From the IMG/VR virus record IMGVR_UViG_3300043436_004224: a stretch of 55,691 nt of DNA; one strand, written 5' to 3'. The position numbers and the translations under genes were made by a program. This document shows positions 1-7,449 of the stretch, one piece after another. The notes under the pieces were generated by a model. That model was not told where the DNA came from. It saw only the letters and a list, made by a program, of their open reading frames with translations, and did no database searches. The stretch comes from an uncultured virus (IMG/VR IMGVR_UViG_3300043436_004224) (Duplodnaviria > Heunggongvirae > Uroviricota > Caudoviricetes). Position 1 is the first letter of the stretch. Every line of letters begins with the position of its first letter.

Positions 1-294
1 AAAGTTGTTCTAGGACAAGTTCGGGAATTGACTGAGGTTAGGGCAGAAATTGCCAGACTGGAAAAACTAAAGTTGGCTCTCACCGCTGAAATTGAAAAGG
101 CTTTTGAGGTTGACAAAGAAGCAAAGACCTCACGCTTTTCAACCCTTACTCACAATGCCATAGAGTTCGCAAGAATTGACTGGAGAAGCCGTAAGGGTAT
201 TGACTCAGAGAAGTTAGCCCTAGAGTTTCCTGAAGCGTTTGAGGCTTGCCAGAAGCCAACTGTTTACTCAGTAATAGTTTCCTTGTTCAAGTAA
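1..294 (+). CDS. Hypothetical early protein, probably 5'-truncated by the window edge
   Basis: Frame is open from base 1 to TAA at 294; followed by a terminator. Confidence 0.65.
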   Translation, partial: KVVLGQVRELTEVRAEIARLEKLKLALTAEIEKAFEVDKEAKTSRFSTLTHNAIEFARIDWRSRKGIDSEKLALEFPEAFEACQKPTVYSVIVSLFK

Positions 295-305
295 AAGGGA
301 GAGAG

Positions 306-339
306 AAGCCCCCGCCGAAAGGTTGGGGGCTTTTCTTTT
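306..339 (+). terminator. Intrinsic terminator
   Basis: AAGCCCCCGCC-GAAA-GGTTGGGGGCTT hairpin followed by a T-rich tail. Confidence 0.85.
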
Positions 340-497
340 GCCAAAAAGTTTTACGGCGACTCGCGGGCTGTATCCACTTTTTGATTAGTCTTCCAGGTGT
401 ATCACGGGCTTAGGCTTTTTGTCTGTGGCAAATAGTATGCTAATGATTACTAGCCAATTGGTTAGTAGTTGGGCAACAATTATTAGTTTGGAGAATC

Positions 498-701
498 ATG
501 AACATTAGTTCAGATACAAGGTCAACGCAAGAGTTGACTGTTGCGCTTATGGCACTAAACACTACAACCCTTATTCCAACTGGATACGGGGTATCTCAGG
601 ACTGTGCAACAGCTATTGAGTTCTTGAAGCAACGCTCAGAACAGATGGCTAATGTTGCTAAGGAAATTGAGAAGCTACTAGGGGGAGTTCACCGTGGCTA
701 A
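498..701 (+). CDS. Hypothetical protein
   Basis: 67 aa ORF with GGAG RBS upstream; overlaps next gene. Confidence 0.7.
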   Translation: MNISSDTRSTQELTVALMALNTTTLIPTGYGVSQDCATAIEFLKQRSEQMANVAKEIEKLLGGVHRG

Positions 702-933
702 GTTTGTAATCACTAATGGCAGAGTTGGTAATGACAACGGTAATCAGCAATTTGTAGAACACGCCTATTATCACCCTATGGGCAGGAAAGCCCTATTGAA
801 CAAGATTCAAGACCTAGCTAATAGAAGCGGATTAGAGTCTTGGGCAGAGCTATACACGGAATGGAAAGATGAGAATAGGACTGGCAAAACACCGAATCGA
901 ATCTTCCCTAGAAAGCCGTATTCAACTTACTAA
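694..933 (+). CDS. Hypothetical protein
   Basis: 79 aa ORF, GTG start with GGGGGAG RBS, followed by a terminator. Confidence 0.7.
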   Translation: MAKFVITNGRVGNDNGNQQFVEHAYYHPMGRKALLNKIQDLANRSGLESWAELYTEWKDENRTGKTPNRIFPRKPYSTY

Positions 934-954
934 CTAGATACCTCAGTAAGTAAT

Positions 955-985
955 GACCCCCTAGCTATACGGTTGGGGGGTCTTT
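955..985 (+). terminator. Intrinsic terminator
   Basis: GACCCCCTAGCT-ATAC-GGTTGGGGGGTC hairpin plus TTT. Confidence 0.7.
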
Positions 986-1684
986 GCTATGCGGTATGCG
1001 GTTGAATAGTTTGGATTCATGAATGCTTGATCATGCGGATAGCAAAAACAATTATTGAATTAGTTTTTTGATAGATCAGGTTGACCCCCCCATGAAATAA
1101 GCCAAAAATAATTAGCGGGCGGGCGGGCATACCCCCCTCAGAAACTTATAGTTAGTAATAAACTTACTTAGGTCTTTTCTAGTTCTTTCAGCTAGCCCTC
1201 ATAGACGCCCCCCTGTAAGCCTCACTAGAAAGACACCCAACTTGGACAGCTAATGCTAGACGCCCCCTCAGAGTAGTAGTCATAGATTCTAAAGTCATGA
1301 CCCCCTAAGAAAGACAACCTTGTCTTGTAAAGTTCTTAGTAATCTAGTATCCTTGACAATAGATAGTAATTTTTATTTTTCTAGCTTGAAGCAAGGACTA
1401 ATTTTTATAAAGAACAATTTTGTATGGCGTATTCAACAAGAATTGTTTTTGGAAGACCCCTTCACTTTTAGGAAACAATTTTGAAGTCCTTCAATTTCAT
1501 ACGGCTACCCTCTCACCCGTCAAAAGCAGTAGACGCTAAGGTACTAATTCTTCCGTTACGGACACCCCCCTCTTTTTAAAAAACGCAATTACCCCCTGCC
1601 CCAAAACGACAAAAAATCCGGAAAAAATTTTTCAAAAAAATTCGTCCAATAGCCCGATATCTACATAGTGCTAAAATGTACCTT

Positions 1685-2194
1685 ATGCCCCGTAGAACAG
1701 CGCGAAGTCAGCCGCTACCCCCAGCCGAAGTTGAGTACCTAAACTCGCTTACAATAAACGCCCTTATCCCGAGAGTCAACGCACTGTATAACGCAGGGTG
1801 GGCGCTTCAAGCCATCGGGGAATGCCTATCCCCTAGACGCCCTAGATCCACGGTTCGCAGCTGGGTAGTTAAGTCTGCTGAGCTTGGGGCCCAAGAAGCA
1901 GTAGACGCCCCTACCCTCCCATCTCCTGTACATAAAACAGCAGCCGATGGGTATCAGAAACGCCGCCCTACATCTCCAGGTATCCCTGAGGACACTTTTG
2001 ACGAGATTAGGTCCTTAGCGCCCCTAGCACGCTCCTACAGGGCCAAAATGGCCCAAACTAGCTCTGCGGCCGTAGCAAACCGCAGATTGACTGATATTTG
2101 CGCCAAATTGCACGAAAATGGCGTAGGAATAAGGGAATTAGCCGAGGCAGCAGGAGTAACATACCGCGCTATGTACAAGAGAATTAAGCTTTAA
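1685..2194 (+). CDS. DNA-binding protein with two helix-turn-helix motifs
   Basis: GWALQAIG...PRSTVRSW and GVGIRELAEAAGVTYRAMYKR motifs. Extended -10 TGCTAAAAT at 1669-1677 suggests a leaderless start at ATG 1685. Confidence 0.75.
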   Translation: MPRRTARSQPLPPAEVEYLNSLTINALIPRVNALYNAGWALQAIGECLSPRRPRSTVRSWVVKSAELGAQEAVDAPTLPSPVHKTAADGYQKRRPTSPGIPEDTFDEIRSLAPLARSYRAKMAQTSSAAVANRRLTDICAKLHENGVGIRELAEAAGVTYRAMYKRIKL

Positions 2195-2238
2195 TCTCGA
2201 TTTGACATCCTAAATCCGACACAATAGGGTTTTTGACG

Positions 2239-2247
2239 TGGTAAAAT
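2239..2247 (+). promoter_or_regulatory. Extended -10 promoter for the NlpC/P60 transcript
   Basis: TGGTAAAAT (TGn-TAAAAT) 5 nt before the first leader hairpin. Confidence 0.6.
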
Positions 2248-2252
2248 ATTAA

Positions 2253-2409
2253 CCGGAGAGCACGTTCTTTCAATAAAAGGAAGGATGTGCTTTTTGGCAT
2301 CTCTGGACATTTTGTGTTAGAGTGCAACCCACAACTGAATATGGAAAGAAAACCAAATAGAACACTAAACGACCGAGTACTAAAGTATTCACTTCTGAAA
2401 GGTAGGTCG
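2253..2409 (+). ncRNA. Putative structured cis-regulatory 5' leader RNA
   Basis: 19-bp stem with 6 G-U pairs, a second hairpin, and a three-way junction covering the RBS. Confidence 0.55.
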
Positions 2410-2413
2410 CTAA

Positions 2414-3166
2414 ATGCATAAGAGGTTCATTTCAATAAGTGCGATAGCACTAGTAATGACTGGCTCCACCGCAGCGTTCGGACAGATGTTAGAGTCCACC
2501 ACCGCTGCGTCAGAACAAACATTAGTAACACAAGTAACAAAACCGGCTGAAATAATTGATTCTCCTGTACAAAAGGTAGAAATTGTTTCCGGCCCTGCTG
2601 TATCACCCGAGATTGCTGCGGGCCCTGTCCTAAAGTCAAGCGCACCGATCATTGGGTCGTACGACTGGATGGCCCAGGAAAAAGCTGCAAAAGAAGCTCT
2701 CATGTCTGATGCTGAAAAAGTGCAAGCAGAACTAGAGGCAGAAATTGCTCGGCTAGAAAAAATCGCCTCTGACACCAAAGCCCTAAACGAGGCTCTTGTC
2801 TTGGTTAAAAAACAAATTGGCATCACCCCTTGGGTTTTTCAGGGGTCAAGCCCCCGCGCCTGGGACTGCTCGGGTCTTGTAAAATGGACCTACGCCCAGC
2901 TTGGGATAGACCTGTATCACAGTGCCACATGGCAAAGATACTGGGGCGAGATTGTAGCCGAACCTAAAATTGGAGACCTAGTGTCTTTCAATTACAAAAA
3001 CTACTCAAGCGCCTACCATATTGGGATCTACGTTGGTCCTGATGAGATGATCCACGCTGGCGGTAAGCCAGGAGATAGGGCCGAAATAATCTCTATCAGC
3101 GAATGGGCAAAAGACAATTCGAATAGTGAAGTCATCTACACCCGACTAATTGAAACTAACAACTAG
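2414..3166 (+). CDS. Secreted NlpC/P60 (C40) peptidoglycan endopeptidase
   Basis: N-terminal signal peptide, coiled coil, DCSGLV catalytic Cys, HIGIY and IHA His motifs. Confidence 0.9.
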   Translation: MHKRFISISAIALVMTGSTAAFGQMLESTTAASEQTLVTQVTKPAEIIDSPVQKVEIVSGPAVSPEIAAGPVLKSSAPIIGSYDWMAQEKAAKEALMSDAEKVQAELEAEIARLEKIASDTKALNEALVLVKKQIGITPWVFQGSSPRAWDCSGLVKWTYAQLGIDLYHSATWQRYWGEIVAEPKIGDLVSFNYKNYSSAYHIGIYVGPDEMIHAGGKPGDRAEIISISEWAKDNSNSEVIYTRLIETNN

Positions 3167-3173
3167 TTAGGAC

Positions 3174-3208
3174 GAGAGGCCCCTCCTTCGGGAGGGGTTT
3201 TTCTCTTT
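3174..3208 (+). terminator. Intrinsic terminator
   Basis: GGCCCCTCC-TTCG-GGAGGGGTT hairpin with T tail. Confidence 0.9.
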
Positions 3209-3217
3209 AAATTTGAC

Positions 3218-3246
3218 TTGACAAACAAAATCATATACATTAGTGT
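3218..3246 (+). promoter_or_regulatory. SigA-type promoter
   Basis: TTGACA-17 bp-TAGTGT. Confidence 0.65.
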
Positions 3247-3283
3247 TTAGTCAAGCATCACCCAAATAGAGAAAAGAGACAAA

Positions 3284-3541
3284 ATGAAGAACATATACAA
3301 AAGCATTGTTATCGCAGTTGTTTTTGGAAACATTATTGCGTTCCCGGTAGTTGCCTACACATTCCCGTGGGACACATACCTGATTGATCCAACCCCCTAC
3401 TACATTATTCAGTCAGAGTCGCTAGGTTTTTTGATTGCGGCATGTATTTTTGTCTACGAATGGGTTAAGTACGGCGAGAAGCCAAACTTTCTTAAACTTA
3501 AGTTAAAGCCTCGTACGCCTAAGCAGAAAACTACAAAATAG
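3284..3541 (+). CDS. Small membrane protein
   Basis: 85 aa, two hydrophobic segments, basic C-terminus. Confidence 0.7.
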   Translation: MKNIYKSIVIAVVFGNIIAFPVVAYTFPWDTYLIDPTPYYIIQSESLGFLIAACIFVYEWVKYGEKPNFLKLKLKPRTPKQKTTK

Positions 3542-3548
3542 TCCTGCC

Positions 3549-3577
3549 TTGCGCATACGACTAGATTGTGATAGTAT
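3549..3577 (+). promoter_or_regulatory. SigA-type promoter driving a leaderless transcript
   Basis: TTGCGC-17 bp-TAGTAT, with ATG 6 nt downstream. Confidence 0.6.
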
Positions 3578-3583
3578 AAAGCC

Positions 3584-3760
3584 ATGAACTTAGACAACAC
3601 TCTCGCTTGGGTAGTACTTCTAGCAGTAATTGCTATTCTCTACTACCCGGTAGCTAAAAGAATCTACAGAAGATGGAGACGGGCGCGTTTTCTAAAACAA
3701 GACCCGGCTCCACTCTTAGGTGTTGTATTTCCACCATCAGATAAGAAAGATGAATACTAA
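3584..3760 (+). CDS. Small single-pass membrane protein (58 aa, not in ORF track)
   Basis: MNLDNTLAWVVLLAVIAILYYPVAKRIYRRWRR...; tiles exactly with next ORF. Confidence 0.7.
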   Translation: MNLDNTLAWVVLLAVIAILYYPVAKRIYRRWRRARFLKQDPAPLLGVVFPPSDKKDEY

Positions 3761-3925
3761 ATGCGTCTATTACTAGCGCTACGAGAAATCAACTGGCTCG
3801 CGGTAATTGCCCTGCTTGCAGCAATAGCTGCGGTTATCATTACCTACACAACTAACCCACCGCTTACAGGTCCAACGCTTGCACTAGCTGCAATCGCCCT
3901 AGCTAAGCTGTCCGAGAAAGATTAA
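3761..3925 (+). CDS. Small membrane protein (54 aa, not in ORF track)
   Basis: MRLLLALREINWLAVIALLAAIAAVIITY...; ATG directly after the previous TAA. Confidence 0.7.
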   Translation: MRLLLALREINWLAVIALLAAIAAVIITYTTNPPLTGPTLALAAIALAKLSEKD

Positions 3926-3929
3926 AATA

Positions 3930-4100
3930 ATGGACGCCCTTACTGTAATCATACTTATCGTCTTAGGACTTATGGTCTTAGGGGTATTCCTTTGGTTTTT
4001 TCTAGGATTTCTAATATTTATGGGTGCGGCTTCGATTAAAGATCTACACGACGACTATCCGCCAAGAGAAGAAAACTTTAGAGATACGAGGACTAAGTGA
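3930..4100 (+). CDS. Small membrane protein (56 aa, not in ORF track)
   Basis: MDALTVIILIVLGLMVLGVFLWFFLGFLIFMG...; GTGA overlap with next gene. Confidence 0.7.
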   Translation: MDALTVIILIVLGLMVLGVFLWFFLGFLIFMGAASIKDLHDDYPPREENFRDTRTK

Positions 4101-4384
4101 GCCCCAACCACACTAAAACTCTGACTGTGTTCGGGTCAGATGATTTGAGAGACGCTTTACCGCAGAGCGGCGTTTTTGATATGCTCGACTGCGAAGTAGA
4201 GCTATTGTGCCCGCCCACAGCGCCAACATCAGAAATCGAAAAAATGGTAAATATTATAGAATCGATGATCAATGTAACAGACGTTAGGGTTACCGGAGTC
4301 CCTCGCTTTGAGGATGAGCAGACTTACAAAATAACAATCCAAAATGTACCCCTAGAGGTTGCAAGAGGAAGAAAAAAAGGATAA
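4097..4384 (+). CDS. Hypothetical protein
   Basis: 95 aa ORF, translationally coupled start. Confidence 0.65.
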   Translation: MSPNHTKTLTVFGSDDLRDALPQSGVFDMLDCEVELLCPPTAPTSEIEKMVNIIESMINVTDVRVTGVPRFEDEQTYKITIQNVPLEVARGRKKG

Positions 4385-4397
4385 GGTATTGACCACA

Positions 4398-4952
4398 ATG
4401 ACGAATACAAAATACGTAAAGAAAAACCAGCAAGTCCCGAAGCACATAGCTGACTTTTTTAAGGCTACGACAGACGCCCCTACTCGAGACTACTTAATCC
4501 GAGAGTTGTGTTACAAGCATTGGACCTATGAAGCAGTAGCTACTGCCTGCGGGATTACCCGCGAGCGAGTTCGCCAGATATATACTTCTGAACCAGTGAC
4601 TGGCTATATGCCGATCCCATTCGAAATTCCAGAGCCACCTCTAAGACCGGAGCGTTCTAAGCCGGTATACATCGAGCCAACCCCAGCTACGCTAAAGCGT
4701 CTACTAGAGCTTCAGCCCTATGCCCAGCTGGTGCGATCAAATGGAAAAGCTTACCGAGAGGAAGCCGAGGAGTATACCAAGCTGCTCAACTATGCCCACA
4801 CTGTAGAAGGCGTGACCCTATATCGTCTAGCAAAACGTCTTGGCGTAACTCATGGTGCATTGCGTTTCCGCCTTGTACGCTACGGCTACAAAAAGCCAGT
4901 AACAGCAACATCAAAGGTCTACAACCCGATTCTTAAAGAAAATAGAATTTAA
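4398..4952 (+). CDS. DNA-binding protein with two HTH motifs (first is sigma-70 region 4-like)
   Basis: WTYEAVATACGITRERVRQI and GVTLYRLAKRLGVTHGALRFRL; ATG 4398 is the likelier start. Confidence 0.8.
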   Translation: MTNTKYVKKNQQVPKHIADFFKATTDAPTRDYLIRELCYKHWTYEAVATACGITRERVRQIYTSEPVTGYMPIPFEIPEPPLRPERSKPVYIEPTPATLKRLLELQPYAQLVRSNGKAYREEAEEYTKLLNYAHTVEGVTLYRLAKRLGVTHGALRFRLVRYGYKKPVTATSKVYNPILKENRI

Positions 4953-4962
4953 GGAGCAACAA

Positions 4963-5331
4963 ATGGGATACTACACACACAAAAAAGCGCCGCTAATTAG
5001 AACGGAAGAAGTCGATCTTCCTTTCCACACTGGCTTTCATGACTACCCAGGGCAAGAGTTGCCAGCGTATCTTTCAGTTTTTGATGTTGCTCCCGACATT
5101 AACGTTGAGGTTTACGTACTTAAGGGTCAGACACGAGTTTTCTATTTTAGAGAGCTATTGCTAGACCCCGAGACAAAAGAAGTTTTAGTTTACGGGAAAC
5201 ATGCAACCCCTCTAGGTCACAGGGATACTATTCATTCGTGGATCAACACTTACTTTAAAAAGACTTCTATGTCTAGGTCATGGGTTGAAGATAGAAGACG
5301 TGAGCTTACAAAGCTAAAGGTTAACAACTAA
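4963..5331 (+). CDS. Hypothetical protein
   Basis: 122 aa ORF with AAGGAG RBS. Confidence 0.75.
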   Translation: MGYYTHKKAPLIRTEEVDLPFHTGFHDYPGQELPAYLSVFDVAPDINVEVYVLKGQTRVFYFRELLLDPETKEVLVYGKHATPLGHRDTIHSWINTYFKKTSMSRSWVEDRRRELTKLKVNN

Positions 5332-5333
5332 AG

Positions 5334-5344
5334 TAGGGTAAACT
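5334..5344 (+). promoter_or_regulatory. Putative late promoter motif TAGGGTAAACT (leaderless terminase mRNA)
   Basis: Motif recurs before several structural genes; ATG 6 nt downstream, no RBS. Confidence 0.6.
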
Positions 5345-5350
5345 ACCTAC

Positions 5351-6760
5351 ATGGGTAAAAGTCTTATGGAGCAGCTAGCTCTTCTTTCTGAAGAAGAGCG
5401 TTTAGAGGCGCTCTCAGATATTGATCCAGATTCTCTTATATGGGATTGGACTGTCTGGGCTCGCCCGGAGCAGGTAGCCCCGCCGGGAGTTGATTGGAAC
5501 ATCTGGCTTGTTATGGCAGGTCGTGGTTTTGGTAAGACCCGACTAGCGGCAGAATGGGTTCGCGAACAGGCAAAGTACACAAACACCGGACAGCGACGTT
5601 TTGCACTTGTTGCCCGTACCGCAGCCGACGTACGCGACGTTATTGTTGAAGGTGAGTCGGGAATTATTAACGTATCCGCTCCCTCCGAGAGACCTCTCTA
5701 CGAACCTTCAAAGCGTCGCCTAACTTGGCCTAACGGAAACACTGCCACGCTATTTACCGCGGATGAGCCTGACGGTTTGCGTGGTCCTCAGTTCACTCAC
5801 GCATGGGGTGATGAGATTGCTGCTTGGAGGCAGACCCCTGACGCTGCAGGTATGACCGCCTTTGATAACCTCCGAGTTGGTACTCGTCTTGGTGCAAACC
5901 CGCAGATGGTCGTGACTACCACCCCCAAGCGTGTTCCGCTTCTATACAAACTTATTGAAGAGTCCAGAACTGACAAAGGTAACGTAATTATTACCAAGGG
6001 TTCTACCATGGACAACGCTGGAAACCTTTCGGCCTCATATCTTGACACTATTACCGGCGTTTACGAAGGTACAACTCTTGCACGCCAGGAGCTTTATGGA
6101 GAGATGCTAGAGGACCTCGAAGGATCTATGTGGAACGAAGAGATGGTTGAAGAAGCTAGACATGCTATGTACCCATTCTCCACTCCTCTAAGAGTGATTG
6201 GAGTGGACCCTTCTGTTGCTGAAAACCCTCGCGATGAGTGTGGAATTGTAGTTGTTGCATCTACTGCAGATTACGATCTATATAAGCGCGAAGCTTGGGT
6301 GCTAGAAGACGCGTCTGTCCTTGGATCCCCAGATACTTGGGCACGTAAAGTCGTTGAGATGGCACGCAAGTGGGGCTGCCCAGTTGTAGCCGAAGTAAAC
6401 CAAGGTGGAGCCCTAGTTAGAAACGCAATTCTTTCAATCGACCCGACTATTAAAGTTCTAGAAGTCCACTCAAAGCACGGTAAGCAGCTCCGCGCTGAGC
6501 CAATCGTCCTTGCTTACGAGCAAAAGCGCGTTCATCACGTTGGATATCTCCAAGATTTAGAGTCTCAAATGTATTCTTGGATTCCTGGAGAAGGAAAATC
6601 TCCTGACCGTATCGATGCACTAGTTCACGCACTTACTGCTTTGCTAATTAAACCACCACCAGGATTTAGTGGAGGAAAAATTAGAGCAAAATCCCTCAGC
6701 GACCGTAAAATACCGGGAGTATCGCCCTCTAGAAGCTCAAAAATATTTAGGGTCAGATAG
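5351..6760 (+). CDS. terL: Terminase large subunit
   Basis: Walker A GRGFGKT, LRGPQF...WGDE Walker B region, TTTP coupling motif, nuclease GVDP and DRIDA motifs. Confidence 0.95.
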   Translation: MGKSLMEQLALLSEEERLEALSDIDPDSLIWDWTVWARPEQVAPPGVDWNIWLVMAGRGFGKTRLAAEWVREQAKYTNTGQRRFALVARTAADVRDVIVEGESGIINVSAPSERPLYEPSKRRLTWPNGNTATLFTADEPDGLRGPQFTHAWGDEIAAWRQTPDAAGMTAFDNLRVGTRLGANPQMVVTTTPKRVPLLYKLIEESRTDKGNVIITKGSTMDNAGNLSASYLDTITGVYEGTTLARQELYGEMLEDLEGSMWNEEMVEEARHAMYPFSTPLRVIGVDPSVAENPRDECGIVVVASTADYDLYKREAWVLEDASVLGSPDTWARKVVEMARKWGCPVVAEVNQGGALVRNAILSIDPTIKVLEVHSKHGKQLRAEPIVLAYEQKRVHHVGYLQDLESQMYSWIPGEGKSPDRIDALVHALTALLIKPPPGFSGGKIRAKSLSDRKIPGVSPSRSSKIFRVR

Positions 6761-6763
6761 AAT

Positions 6764-7132
6764 ATGGATAAAATAGTCCTAGATAGGTTTCCTTGCCACT
6801 TAATAGCTGTTCCCGCTGGCTTTACAGAAGATATTTCTACTTTAAATTCGTACGATCCGACTCCAGGGGCCGCATATTTAGAAATAACTAGAGTTATTCT
6901 GACCGAAAAAGCAATAATGGTTGCGAAAGATAGCCAGGAAGGCCCGCAAATTGTCTTCCAAGAGCGCTATTCAGAGGCAGATGTGTCAAAAGATCCCTCA
7001 AAAGACACTAGAATTACCACGGAAAGCGGAAAAATGCTGGTTTTTAAGAAAGATACGGCTTGCGGGTGCGGATCTAGACTTAGAGGCTGGAACCCCTATA
7101 AAACTCTAAATTCAAGCAAAGATCGGTTCTAA
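6764..7132 (+). CDS. Hypothetical protein with CGCG motif
   Basis: 122 aa, tiled between terL and next gene. Confidence 0.7.
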   Translation: MDKIVLDRFPCHLIAVPAGFTEDISTLNSYDPTPGAAYLEITRVILTEKAIMVAKDSQEGPQIVFQERYSEADVSKDPSKDTRITTESGKMLVFKKDTACGCGSRLRGWNPYKTLNSSKDRF

Positions 7133-7435
7133 ATGATTGATATTTTAATAAATCAGCCCTTTTTACTAGTAATTTTGTCTCTCGCGGGATTTAGAATTAC
7201 TCGACTCGTGACTCAGGACACAATTACCGAACCATTTAGAAATGCAATCTGGAAAAAATTTCCACCTAGTACTCAAATTGGATATCTTTTTACATGTAAC
7301 TGGTGCACAGGTTTTTGGGTAGCGCTTTTAGTTTTTATTTTTTGGGTAGTCGCTCCTGAAGCCGCGATTGTGGTATCATTAGTCTTGTCTATATCTACAA
7401 TAATTGGACTTATATCCGCTTGGACTGAGCGTTAA
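7133..7435 (+). CDS. DUF1360-like membrane protein
   Basis: RITRLVTQDTI.EPFR and LFTCNWCTGFW motifs with hydrophobic helices. Confidence 0.75.
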   Translation: MIDILINQPFLLVILSLAGFRITRLVTQDTITEPFRNAIWKKFPPSTQIGYLFTCNWCTGFWVALLVFIFWVVAPEAAIVVSLVLSISTIIGLISAWTER

Positions 7436-7449
7436 GGCAGGGAGCCCCT

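Noticed and set aside
42..66. AEIARLEK shared between the first ORF and the NlpC/P60 coiled coil (near 2737)
   Set aside because: Short generic coiled-coil heptad; likely coincidence
2253..2409. c-di-AMP (ydaO) riboswitch or hammerhead ribozyme
   Set aside because: Only an isolated CTGAAT word is present; the other ydaO consensus blocks and the hammerhead CUGAnGA core are not recognisable
4372..4384. Third in-frame A AAA AAA G at the end of the 4097 ORF
   Set aside because: No GCCCCT or hairpin follows, the -1 frame stops within four codons, and the next gene is in the +1 frame
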